A stretch of DNA of 64,000 nt from a virus, in the IMG/VR virus record IMGVR_UViG_3300033153_006243, positions 21,444 to 85,443 of that record; one strand, written 5' to 3'. How positions within the stretch are numbered: position 1 is the stretch's first letter; every line of letters begins with the position of its first letter. The position numbers and the translations under genes were made by a program. Shown in pieces: positions 44,673 through 53,556 of this stretch. The notes under the pieces were generated by a model. That model was not told where the DNA came from. It was given only the letters and a program-made list of their open reading frames with translations, and did no database searches.

Positions 44673-45094
44673 CTCTGCTCCTCCTGCTTCCTAAGATCGG
44701 GATGAATTCCCCTACCGGAAGTTACGTTCTGCGGCGGTCTCGGTATGAATAGTGCCCAGGACTGCATATCGCTGGGGAGCGCATCGTCTACCTCGCATAC
44801 GGCAACCTGCTTTACGTCCACCCCTATTTTTCTAATCTTCGAATAGAGAAAGGACGCTATCGTTTCGGTGGTATACGGATCACGCATATTGGCAGCAAAT
44901 AGGGTTCCCGCAAGGGAACTAATTGCCGTTTTGATAACACTTCTATTCACTACCACTCCGCCCTCTAGCTTAGTAGTGGCGCAGGTAACATTAACCTTCC
45001 AGGTATGGGCATGGATATCGGTGGTATCGGGCGGGTGATAGTGCTTTGCCTCAAAGGTTTCGACTACGTTCAGGACGAATAGTCCTTCAATCAT
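44669..45094 (-). CDS. QueD/PTPS-like T-fold protein
   Basis: FEAKH..HAHTWKVNV..TTETIA..VAVCE. Confidence 0.75.
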   Translation of the reverse strand: MIEGLFVLNVVETFEAKHYHPPDTTDIHAHTWKVNVTCATTKLEGGVVVNRSVIKTAISSLAGTLFAANMRDPYTTETIASFLYSKIRKIGVDVKQVAVCEVDDALPSDMQSWALFIPRPPQNVTSGRGIHPDLRKQEEQR

Positions 45095-45582
45095 CTTTTA
45101 GCTCCTTTCGGCCAAACAAAATCAATATATCTTAGAGGGAAATCAAAGTGCGGCGCGTTCCTCAAGCGGAGATTCCACGCTGCATCTTTTACGGTAGATA
45201 GATCGGCTACGGAAAGAATCCAATCCCTCCCGTTCGTCGTTGTATCAAATCCTTTCTTCTCAAGAATATCCTGTAGTAGCAAAAGGAAGAGTCCGAGATG
45301 GGCGATCTCCCCCCACCGCTGATCCGCGCAAAGAACCAACGACAAAGATTCAGCCTTCTTCACATTTAATCTATCTCCATAACCCATGATTTTCGGGGCC
45401 TTGTCGAAGGCTCCCGCCTTTGCTAACGCCTCCTTAATCTCGGCGATGCCGGAGGTAAGAACCCTAGCCCGTTCTTGTTGTTCAGGGCTCTTATAAATAA
45501 TGGAATCTGTTTTGCAAAGATCTATGAACCATTCCGCTTCTTTCAGTACCGCCTCAACCCCGTCTGAGTAGTTCTCACTCAT
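45091..45582 (-). CDS. Hypothetical protein, paralog of the next gene
   Basis: MSENYSDG..GIAEIKEAL. Confidence 0.65.
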   Translation of the reverse strand: MSENYSDGVEAVLKEAEWFIDLCKTDSIIYKSPEQQERARVLTSGIAEIKEALAKAGAFDKAPKIMGYGDRLNVKKAESLSLVLCADQRWGEIAHLGLFLLLLQDILEKKGFDTTTNGRDWILSVADLSTVKDAAWNLRLRNAPHFDFPLRYIDFVWPKGAKR

Positions 45583-45586
45583 GTTC

Positions 45587-45868
45587 CTATTCCCTTTCTC
45601 TTATATGGGCATCCCATGCTATATCAATCAAAGAACCACACCGCCTACATTGGGCAAGCTCGCCTGGGTTATCCTTTAGAGCCTCTAGCTTATCCAACGC
45701 CGCCTTAATCTCGGCGATGCCGTCGCGAAGGTCGTCTGCCTTTTTACAGTTTTCTGCCTTCATCGGATTCCGCGTTGATAGACGCGGGATTTCTGATAGA
45801 TAAAAGTTCATTGTACTAGCCGCGTTTTCCAGCACCGCCTTAGCCCCATCACTAAAGTTCTCACTCAT
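45587..45868 (-). CDS. Hypothetical protein
   Basis: MSENFSDG..GIAEIKAAL. Confidence 0.65.
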   Translation of the reverse strand: MSENFSDGAKAVLENAASTMNFYLSEIPRLSTRNPMKAENCKKADDLRDGIAEIKAALDKLEALKDNPGELAQCRRCGSLIDIAWDAHIRERE

Positions 45869-46083
45869 GATTCTAGCTCCTTCTCCCTAATCTTTGGCCT
45901 ACAGAATATCCGCCCCTCACATAGGGCGGCCTCGAATTTCCCTTTATCGATCCATTGCCGGATGGCCTGAATAGTTACTACCATGTTCGCCGCCCACCAT
46001 TGGGTCGTATGATATCCCCCGTCCGCCACCTGCGTTAGCGTAATCTCCCTTCCCGATTCCCTCAGCCTATCCTTGAGACTCAT
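45865..46083 (-). CDS. Small HTH/excisionase-like DNA-binding protein
   Basis: TTQWWAANMVVTIQAIRQWIDKGKF. Confidence 0.5.
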   Translation of the reverse strand: MSLKDRLRESGREITLTQVADGGYHTTQWWAANMVVTIQAIRQWIDKGKFEAALCEGRIFCRPKIREKELES

Positions 46084-46130
46084 GATTCCTCCTTTTCGTC
46101 CTCTAATGGCCTAACTCCTTTTCATGGTAA

Positions 46131-46186
46131 ATTATACATCCAAAGCCCTAAAGTCCCGCCATGGGGCGCATAGGCCCCTAGAATCG
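46131..46186 (-). promoter_or_regulatory. 56-bp promoter-like element (copy 2)
   Basis: CGATTCTA..GGACTTTA..GATGTATAAT on the minus strand. Confidence 0.6.
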
Positions 46187-46205
46187 CCCCCTATGGCCAT
46201 CATGT

Positions 46206-47033
46206 CTACGTTCCCGATATAAGTCCATTGAAATACGCATCAACGTCCTCTGGCGTCGCTTTACGTGCCGAGTGGTGTGTTCGCCGTTTCATCTCTATAG
46301 TCCCGAACCCGGAACCGGCGGATATCTTCTCCCCGATCTCCTTTGTCGTCTCGACAAATGCGGCACGCAGAAGCTGAATCCTAGACATATCTACTTCCCC
46401 CATGACCCGTTCGACTTCGGCTTTGCTCCACTTAGCAGCGTACTTAAGCTTTACCGCCAGCTCGCGGGCCTCCTTGTAGAATGAGACAAGCTTATCCCCC
46501 ACGTTCTGCGGAAGCCCGTTCTCCACCCTGATCCCCCTAGCCTCCCTCAGAACCTTACGGATGCCGAGGACATCTGCGTTAGCAATAGCGCAGTGTAGCC
46601 GTTTTACAATATCTGCGGCTTCCTGCCAGACGAGATGCCCGGTTCTTAGGTCATTCGAGGCAATGGGGTAGATGCCGTACCACATCCTTGCCGAAGTATG
46701 CTTCGCGCCCTTGTTGTACGCGGTGATCCTCCCCTCACATTCCTTTAGAACATCGAGCATCTCCTGTCCCTTCCTGTACGGAAAGAAGAAACCGAAGGGG
46801 CCTTGGAACCCTGTCTTCGATAGTCTGCTGAGTATGGTCTTACGTAGCTTCCTTACCGCCTTATCTTCCTTCACGCTCGGACAGGACATCCTGATCTCCC
46901 AGCCCCCGGCCTCTGCCTCGCCGTCCGCCACGGGTTCCTGGAAGTCCCGCCGCTTGAGGGTACGGCATCCCTTCATGCTTATCTTGAAACCGACTATGTA
47001 CCCCGCCTCCAGGTACGTTTTCTCGTTAGTCAT
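46206..47033 (-). CDS. Hypothetical protein
   Basis: AGGAGG RBS; 275 aa. Confidence 0.7.
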   Translation of the reverse strand: MTNEKTYLEAGYIVGFKISMKGCRTLKRRDFQEPVADGEAEAGGWEIRMSCPSVKEDKAVRKLRKTILSRLSKTGFQGPFGFFFPYRKGQEMLDVLKECEGRITAYNKGAKHTSARMWYGIYPIASNDLRTGHLVWQEAADIVKRLHCAIANADVLGIRKVLREARGIRVENGLPQNVGDKLVSFYKEARELAVKLKYAAKWSKAEVERVMGEVDMSRIQLLRAAFVETTKEIGEKISAGSGFGTIEMKRRTHHSARKATPEDVDAYFNGLISGT

Positions 47034-47281
47034 TTCTCCTCCTTCTTTGCTTTTGTTATACCAGGAAAAGACTGAATCTGTTTTATTATGTTAAGCAGGT
47101 GGGGATGCTCCCTGGTTCCAAGATCTAAATAGGAAGCCTCCGCTAAATCGTGAGCTTCCTTCGTCCAGTTCTTTTTCTGGCTGTGCCGCTTTCTTTCATC
47201 TTCGACATCTTTTCTCCACTTCCAACAGCGCGGCTTCAACGGCTTACGCTCCATCACTAACTCCTTTCCTTTTCTGGCCAC
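47030..47281 (-). CDS. Hypothetical protein
   Basis: Operon packing; likely start at MERKP. Confidence 0.5.
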   Translation of the reverse strand: MARKGKELVMERKPLKPRCWKWRKDVEDERKRHSQKKNWTKEAHDLAEASYLDLGTREHPHLLNIIKQIQSFPGITKAKKEEK

Positions 47282-47913
47282 GGCAGGCCATAGTCTACCC
47301 GCCTAATCTTTGCCATCCTCCCGTCGGGATGGTGGAATACGACGCCCTCGAATCCCGGCCACTTGATCAAGAATTCTCTGATGGACTGGAATGTCCGCGG
47401 GCATAGGGGGAGCTGGTCATATCCGTGCCTCTCCATCGTCCAGTTCCTCCAGCCATGGTGATTCCCGTTTATCTTCGGCCCCATCAGCTCGTAGGTTCCG
47501 TCAGGGAAATACCCAAGTTCGACCATTCTCTTCGCGGCCTGGAAATGCTTCTCGTCCGCGGAATCACCGACGGGGATCCATCCCGGCCAGTGCCCGGTAT
47601 ACATATCCGGCCTTCCCTCACAAGCCTCCCATTCCGGCGGGGCGGGCTTGAAGTCTGCGGGATACCAGGGAGCCCCCCGCCTCCGCGCCCCCTTCGTTAC
47701 CTTCCTATCGTACCTACGGAAGAATCTGACATTATCCCGGACCATCACCGCGGTTCCGTCCCACTTGACTGTAGCAACACCTTCCCCCCTAGAAACCCAT
47801 TCGCATTTCGGATTTATCCGCGATGTCATGACGGAGCGCTTCGGCCCGGGGGTATAGTAGGAATCCGGGCGCTCCTCGAATATCCTGACGAACAATAGCG
47901 GTATCTTCTTCAT
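47257..47913 (-). CDS. RNA-ligase-like nucleotidyltransferase (DUF5565-like)
   Basis: KWDGT, YELMGPKING and EGVVF..MAKI motifs. Confidence 0.7.
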   Translation of the reverse strand: MKKIPLLFVRIFEERPDSYYTPGPKRSVMTSRINPKCEWVSRGEGVATVKWDGTAVMVRDNVRFFRRYDRKVTKGARRRGAPWYPADFKPAPPEWEACEGRPDMYTGHWPGWIPVGDSADEKHFQAAKRMVELGYFPDGTYELMGPKINGNHHGWRNWTMERHGYDQLPLCPRTFQSIREFLIKWPGFEGVVFHHPDGRMAKIRRVDYGLPWPEKERS

Positions 47914-48160
47914 TTCTCCTCCTTCTTTCCGGCAGCCAGTTCTTACACCAGCGCTGTCCTTGTACTATCTTATCCTTTGCACATCTAGCATGAAAGCGGC
48001 AGGTCCGGCAGGTCTCCTCCCGTTCCCTCTTTCGTAATTCCTTAAGCTTATTCAAAGCATCTCGAAATCCGCTTGCTCTTTCAACTCCAGTCGCCCATTC
48101 AAAATATTCTCTCCGCTCTTGAAGATATTTGCTTAGTTCCTCAATCAAGTCCTCTCTCAT
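47789..48160 (-). CDS. Hypothetical protein
   Basis: GGAAGG RBS; CRTC..C..C; 3' part overlaps the next gene. Confidence 0.5.
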   Translation of the reverse strand: MREDLIEELSKYLQERREYFEWATGVERASGFRDALNKLKELRKREREETCRTCRFHARCAKDKIVQGQRWCKNWLPERRRRNEEDTAIVRQDIRGAPGFLLYPRAEALRHDIADKSEMRMGF

Positions 48161-48243
48161 TTCACCTTCCTCCGAAATGCTATCTTCCGCCTAATACCAA
48201 CGAACTATCCTATCCCCCCTCCGCTCCTCGTGCATTAACTTTT

Positions 48244-48660
48244 TCATTCTATCTCCTCCACGGTTCCGTTGGGAAAGATGATCTTAACCGGAACCCCGGA
48301 CTTCCTAGCGTACGTCACGGTCGCCCACGTTCCGGAACGCCGGGTCTCCCCATCCCTCTTTGGAATTGCGATAAGTACGTCAATCTCCTTTACCATCTCC
48401 CTATTCCTTTTAAGATACGGCCTTTCGGGGCGGATAAATCCCGACTTGCAGAATGCCCTATAGGTTAGTACGTCAGGGGGATGGATAATTATATCCCTAA
48501 CTCCCAGGGTCTCGGCGGTCTCATGGGCCTCCGCATCTACACCTACGCAGTCGCCGTGGTGTAGCTGCTCCGGTGGCCCCATCTCCTCAAGCATCCTCTC
48601 AAGGGATACAAGCTGCTTCAACGTCATCCCCTCCCGCGTTCCCGTAATTCCTACCTTCAT
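48244..48660 (-). CDS. SLOG/YspA-like nucleotide-binding protein
   Basis: GITGTR..HGDCVGVD..RNREMV..SGTWAT. Confidence 0.75.
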   Translation of the reverse strand: MKVGITGTREGMTLKQLVSLERMLEEMGPPEQLHHGDCVGVDAEAHETAETLGVRDIIIHPPDVLTYRAFCKSGFIRPERPYLKRNREMVKEIDVLIAIPKRDGETRRSGTWATVTYARKSGVPVKIIFPNGTVEEIE

Positions 48661-49265
48661 TCGGGTTCCTCTTCCTTTCTCCATTCGATTAGTTTCCTCA
48701 TTACCTCTTCCTCCTCCGCCTGGATTTCTATATCGTCCTCGATTCGGGTTTTCTCCCAATCTCGAATCCGTACCCTCGCTTCGTTCGCGAATATCTCATT
48801 CATTTTTCTCTCCTGTTGGAACGCTTTAGTCCAATCAAACGCAACCATATCCGCCTGCGGCTCCCGCATCCGCCCGAACGCCTTCGACGATAGCGGGGGC
48901 CTTTCGCCAAGTAGTCTTTTCCATTGGAGATGATGGGCTACCTCATGAGCGGCAACATAGACCATTACGTCCTGAAGGTCCTCCATTATAAGGGTTAATT
49001 GATCGTGCCCACGATAATGTCTTCGTAGCGTATAGGGAAACGTAATCTTAGTCCGCATTAGCCATTCTTGATAATACTTCGTTATCCTTGCCTTTGCCGT
49101 TTCAAAAACGGGGTGATATTCCCCCGTCCAGAGGCTTTGCCTTCCCCGTCCCCACTTCATCTCGACGAGGAACTCGGTGGTCGGGGAGTCTACCGCGAAC
49201 TGTTCTGCCTTCCATCGGATGAAGTCGGCGGCTAGGGCAAAGAATTTGGGGTGCCTAACCTTCAT
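48657..49265 (-). CDS. HExxH protein
   Basis: AAHEVAHHLQ. Confidence 0.6.
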   Translation of the reverse strand: MKVRHPKFFALAADFIRWKAEQFAVDSPTTEFLVEMKWGRGRQSLWTGEYHPVFETAKARITKYYQEWLMRTKITFPYTLRRHYRGHDQLTLIMEDLQDVMVYVAAHEVAHHLQWKRLLGERPPLSSKAFGRMREPQADMVAFDWTKAFQQERKMNEIFANEARVRIRDWEKTRIEDDIEIQAEEEEVMRKLIEWRKEEEPE

Positions 49266-49677
49266 CTATCCTTCTCCTCTTGATTTTCTTCAGCTCTATC
49301 GGACGCCTCTCCTCAACATGGCATATCCCGCCTCGATCCCACCAAACCTCCCCGCCGAACCAGGAACCGTCCTCGTTCTGATATAATGATAATGGCTTCC
49401 TCCCTCCGGCTTCGACGCCTATCGCCTGTACGATTTTCTCGAAACCCTTTTGGATTCTTGCCGAGGGTATCTCCCTTCTCGCCAGAACGTAGGTTACGGC
49501 ATAAATTACTTCGCCGATCTCTACGGCGTCCCCTACCATTAGGCTTCCCAACTCCCCCCTAAGGCCGTTGATCCTTCGCCTCTCCGCTAAGCCACCCTCC
49601 CCCTCGATTCGCTTTCTACTCGGCTTAACCGAGGATGGCCTTTTCTTCTTGCTTTCAATCAGTTTCCTAATCGCCAT
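49255..49677 (-). CDS. Hypothetical protein
   Basis: AGGAG RBS. Confidence 0.55.
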   Translation of the reverse strand: MAIRKLIESKKKRPSSVKPSRKRIEGEGGLAERRRINGLRGELGSLMVGDAVEIGEVIYAVTYVLARREIPSARIQKGFEKIVQAIGVEAGGRKPLSLYQNEDGSWFGGEVWWDRGGICHVEERRPIELKKIKRRRIDEG

Positions 49678-49685
49678 CTCTTCTC

Positions 49686-49886
49686 CTATTCGACGTTGAC
49701 AAACTTCATCGCCGTCTGTAACAGATGATTATAGTCGCCCGTTGTCGCCTCTTTAAAGAAGTCGTCCGCCGCATCTTCATGCCCCGCCCTTCTTAGTGCC
49801 TTCCTTACCGCACCCAGGATCGAGAAGGCATTCCCGTCCCTTCCGGTAAGCTGAACTGTTACGTCCGTGTATTTCGGTTCCATCAT
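49686..49886 (-). CDS. Small conserved phage protein
   Basis: LTGRDGNAFSILG..GDYNHLL. Confidence 0.75.
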   Translation of the reverse strand: MMEPKYTDVTVQLTGRDGNAFSILGAVRKALRRAGHEDAADDFFKEATTGDYNHLLQTAMKFVNVE

Positions 49887-49914
49887 GTCTCCTCCTTTGC
49901 GCCCGTAGACGCTG

Positions 49915-50112
49915 TTATAGCTGGGTTTGCATCCAGCGGTTAAGGGCTTGATTCTGCTTTTGGATAGCGCGCCGTTCCTTTGCTCGGTCTCGCCTATAGG
50001 CTCTCAGCGCTTTAACAGCAGCACTCCACTTACCTTGTTCGCGGTAACGCTGGAGCATTGCGAATACTCGGCCCTCGCGCTCGTCGAGCTTATCCTGATC
50101 TGTCAAGATCAT
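49915..50112 (-). CDS. Hypothetical protein
   Basis: GGAGG RBS. Confidence 0.5.
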   Translation of the reverse strand: MILTDQDKLDEREGRVFAMLQRYREQGKWSAAVKALRAYRRDRAKERRAIQKQNQALNRWMQTQL

Positions 50113-50189
50113 CTCTCAAAACCCTCCAACTAGCGCTATTCTTGCGGCGTATATGCCTAGCGTTAAGGCTAGGCCGATGAAAATGGCGA

Positions 50190-50423
50190 TTAGGGCGTCG
50201 AGCATGGGGTCTCCTTTGCTATACGTTGCCAAGCGACTTGTGAGCAGGTGCGGTAAAGTATGCCTTGTGCGTAAATCATGCCAGCTTTCCACGCAGGCCA
50301 TTCGTCGCTATGATCGTTTGTTGGGGCTACCTGCTCGGTGGTGTCTCCTATTTCAATCTCGCGCTTGACTTGCGCATCGAAGCGGTCAATTATCTCATTT
50401 ACAAGAGCAAATTGGTCTGCCAT
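50190..50423 (-). CDS. Hypothetical protein
   Basis: Operon packing. Confidence 0.5.
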   Translation of the reverse strand: MADQFALVNEIIDRFDAQVKREIEIGDTTEQVAPTNDHSDEWPAWKAGMIYAQGILYRTCSQVAWQRIAKETPCSTP

Positions 50424-50507
50424 TTGTCCATCACCGCCTTTCTAGGCTTGAGTAGTGCCGCTGGAGGTCTTGAGCCTCCTGGGGCCTTGAGCCCAGCGGC
50501 AAGGGTG

Positions 50508-50735
50508 CTAGTGAACCAATCTCCTATGCTCTCGACGGAATTCTTCTTCTCGCATGTCAGCAGCAATTCCGTTGATTACTTGCTGCGCCTTATCCAGCGC
50601 CGTCCGTTGCTCATGGGTAAAGGTGTCAACTGTCGACAATTCGTGCGAAAGAACTTGTCCAAGTAGATTAGATATCGCTTGGAGCCGCGCAGTAACGAGG
50701 GCGCTACCTACCGGATACCATCCATCTAAAGCCAT
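50508..50735 (-). CDS. Hypothetical protein
   Basis: AAGGAGG RBS. Confidence 0.55.
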   Translation of the reverse strand: MALDGWYPVGSALVTARLQAISNLLGQVLSHELSTVDTFTHEQRTALDKAQQVINGIAADMREEEFRREHRRLVH

Positions 50736-50928
50736 TATCTACTCACCTCCTTATTAAAGAAGATCACCAGTCCATCCAACTCCCTATCCCAGAATACTAC
50801 GGGCTCCTCGTCCGACGCCGCCCCGCTAACCGTAAGCTGCGCGGCGTCCCCGTCGTCGTCGATGTCCGTCAACGTCGGGAATATTTCGACCTCCTGCCAG
50901 CTATGTACTCTCCTCATCTTACTCCTCC

Positions 50929-51138
50929 TCATATCAGGTCGATTACATTCTCTTTCTGCACTATCCCCTTCACAAACTGACGCCAAGAATCATAGACGCA
51001 AATACACTCGTCGCTAAAGACAACGAAGTGCCCATCGCTCGGCCTCTCCTTGACTATTAGCCACACCCTACCGCTGCGGTTAAGTGCCTGCCCTCTGAAA
51101 ATCTTCGCCGCCGTTTTCGCCTCCACCTCATCAAACAT
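50929..51138 (-). CDS. Hypothetical protein (likely start MFDEVEAK)
   Basis: GGAGGAG RBS. Confidence 0.5.
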   Translation of the reverse strand: MFDEVEAKTAAKIFRGQALNRSGRVWLIVKERPSDGHFVVFSDECICVYDSWRQFVKGIVQKENVIDLI

Positions 51139-51308
51139 TGCTTCTCCTCCTCCGTCTCCTCGGTTTCCGTTTTCCGTATCCCTTATCATCATGCCTAAAG
51201 AATACACCCCTACTTCATGAAAGCAAAGGACCAAAAATAAAAAAATACCATCAATCGACGTAAGTCCTTACTACATAAGGGAAAATAGCGACGAAATTTC
51301 TTTTGATC

Positions 51309-52253
51309 TTACCCCAAAACTGGACTGAAAGCCGGGGCCGAGGGAATCATCCGTACCAATTCCCCCCTTCCTAGCGAGTCGGGGTCCTCGCCTTCAGGGA
51401 GCCGCAATACACGGACATCGGAGACAAACGGAAGCATCTCCTTAGCCGCCTTTAGCGCGTATCCGTAAGCGTCGGAATCCCACGCAAATACGAGCTGCAT
51501 CGGGCGGAGAACCTTTATGAGCAGGAGCCTTCTCACCGGGGAAAGGTTCGTCCCAAATGTAGCGAAGCTCCCCTCCCCGATACGCCACTGATCAAATACG
51601 CCCTCCACAATGATTACCCTCCGCACCCTTTCCTCCGGATAGGGATAGAGCATCTCATTTATTTCTTTGAACCCATTAGCAGTGAGCCAAGAAGCCCGCG
51701 CCCTCCCAGATACATCCCTTCCCTGAAATCCGCGAACCTCCGTTCCCCTATAAATCGGGACGATGAGCCGGTATCCCCAGCGGCCCCCCGTAGGACAGTA
51801 GAGAACATTATGGTCGATACAGGTCTTGAGGGTGATTCCCCGTCTCTCCAGGAATGCGCGGAGCCATCGATTTTTCCGGATAGTTCCCGCGGAAACGGGG
51901 ACGGCCTCGTTGGGAATTTTCTCAACGGGATCGCGGGGCTTAGAGATTAGCTGTCGGTCAAGGATTTCCCTAACCTTCGATAGCGCGTCCTCCTCCGCGA
52001 CGGGGGCCTCAACCCCCAGGAATCCGAGGTACTCGTCAACCGGGATTCCCAGGGCCTTCGCGAGGCGGGACGGAGTTCCCCGACTCCCGCATTTCCAGCA
52101 TGAGAAATTTCCGGGGGGGAATACCCCACAATGAAACCCGGAATCATAGCAGAACGGACAGGCAATGCCGACGCAGCGGAGGGTAACATCCTTAGTGAGG
52201 GAGGCGGGTATCCCCTTATGCTCGAAGAATTCGGCGAGGTCCTTGCGGGTCAT
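51309..52253 (-). CDS. DnaG-type DNA primase
   Basis: CPFC..CWKC zinc finger; FQGR; IVEGVFD; DSD; DPD Toprim motifs. Confidence 0.9.
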   Translation of the reverse strand: MTRKDLAEFFEHKGIPASLTKDVTLRCVGIACPFCYDSGFHCGVFPPGNFSCWKCGSRGTPSRLAKALGIPVDEYLGFLGVEAPVAEEDALSKVREILDRQLISKPRDPVEKIPNEAVPVSAGTIRKNRWLRAFLERRGITLKTCIDHNVLYCPTGGRWGYRLIVPIYRGTEVRGFQGRDVSGRARASWLTANGFKEINEMLYPYPEERVRRVIIVEGVFDQWRIGEGSFATFGTNLSPVRRLLLIKVLRPMQLVFAWDSDAYGYALKAAKEMLPFVSDVRVLRLPEGEDPDSLGRGELVRMIPSAPAFSPVLG

Positions 52254-52260
52254 CTTCGCC

Positions 52261-53556
52261 TCATATAAACGGACGGATTACGGAATCCTCTGATACGGGG
52301 GGCCGCTTCCTCTTTGCGTATGGATTCCTAATCCGTCGATTCGCCATCTCGCAGTAATCCGGGTTGAGGTCTAGGCCGATAAATCTTCTATTCAGTTTCC
52401 AAGCAACCACACCCACCGTACCTGAACCAGCAAAGGGGTCGAGGACGAGGCAGGGATCAAGTTTCTGATCCGGCGGGGGGATATAGTATTTTTGCATTTT
52501 CGTAACCCACTGCACCTCAAAATCGACCACGCTATCCCATACCTTGATGTGCCTTTCCTTCCACTCGCCCTCACAGGAACAGGTGGGTTGCCATCCATTG
52601 GCGTGACCACGCCTAACGGGGCTATCATAATCTCGTGGTGACTTTTCTTTCTCCATCACCCTCTCTTGCGGAGCCCCACATTTCTGGCAGCACCCCTTCT
52701 CGCTCGTTCCCGCCTTAATCAGAGGCATTACCAATCCCTCTGGAAACGTAGCGAAGTGGGCCTCCTTGAATCCCGCCGGGTTTACAATTAGTGCTAACGG
52801 GTCGCCCCCCTCATTCCATAGGCCCCGCCACGACTCGAAGAACCAATCGGAATTCCGGCGGCTACGACCAGAGGACGGCCCCCAACGTTCTCCCATCTCC
52901 TCTACGGCATCCGGTTCCGAGCGCTTTCCGCCCATCTCTACGCCATGCCAACCGGATTTACACCGTTCAACCGTAGAACCCTTCAGCCTTACTTTGACTG
53001 CCTCCCCATCATAAAAGTATCGGGCGCTTTTGGTTAGCAGGAAAATATATTCCACGGCGCTCGTCGGCCTATCCTTACAGCTCTCAGGCATTGCCGATCT
53101 TTTGAGCCACGGGATCATGCTCCGTAAATACCAGCCGTCCGCCTGGAGAGCTATCGCAAGCCTCGCTGGAATCATGCATAGATCTTTAGGCTTGAGGCTG
53201 TCCACGAAACGACGCTGCTTACCCTTAAAAGCTTTTAGGGTTGCCTGTGAGTCAAGCGGGCCAACCTTATTGCCCCCGCCGTGCGTAGAGGCGGCAGAGT
53301 ACGAATCGCCCATCACCAACCACAGCGTCCCGTCCTTCCTAAGCACCCGCCTTACCTCCCGGAACACCTTAACCATCTTCTCGATATAGGCTTCCAGGGT
53401 TTTCTCAAGGCCATATTGCCCCTCTACATTATACGATCTTAACCCCCAATAAGGGGGAGAAGTTATGCAGCACTGAACACTTTCGCCCGGCAGCTTTGCC
53501 AAGCCTTCCAGTACGTCGAAACAATGTACCTTCCCTAGTTCCAAATTCAATTTCAT
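52261..53556 (-). CDS. DNA methyltransferase (N4C/N6A, beta class)
   Basis: TSPPYWGLR, HFATFP, DPFAGSGT. Confidence 0.95.
   Translation of the reverse strand: MKLNLELGKVHCFDVLEGLAKLPGESVQCCITSPPYWGLRSYNVEGQYGLEKTLEAYIEKMVKVFREVRRVLRKDGTLWLVMGDSYSAASTHGGGNKVGPLDSQATLKAFKGKQRRFVDSLKPKDLCMIPARLAIALQADGWYLRSMIPWLKRSAMPESCKDRPTSAVEYIFLLTKSARYFYDGEAVKVRLKGSTVERCKSGWHGVEMGGKRSEPDAVEEMGERWGPSSGRSRRNSDWFFESWRGLWNEGGDPLALIVNPAGFKEAHFATFPEGLVMPLIKAGTSEKGCCQKCGAPQERVMEKEKSPRDYDSPVRRGHANGWQPTCSCEGEWKERHIKVWDSVVDFEVQWVTKMQKYYIPPPDQKLDPCLVLDPFAGSGTVGVVAWKLNRRFIGLDLNPDYCEMANRRIRNPYAKRKRPPVSEDSVIRPFI

Noticed and set aside
52261-53556. Nested HNH in the second methyltransferase
   Set aside because: Alternate-frame ORFs show no HNH motif; the Cys-containing loop is in the host frame
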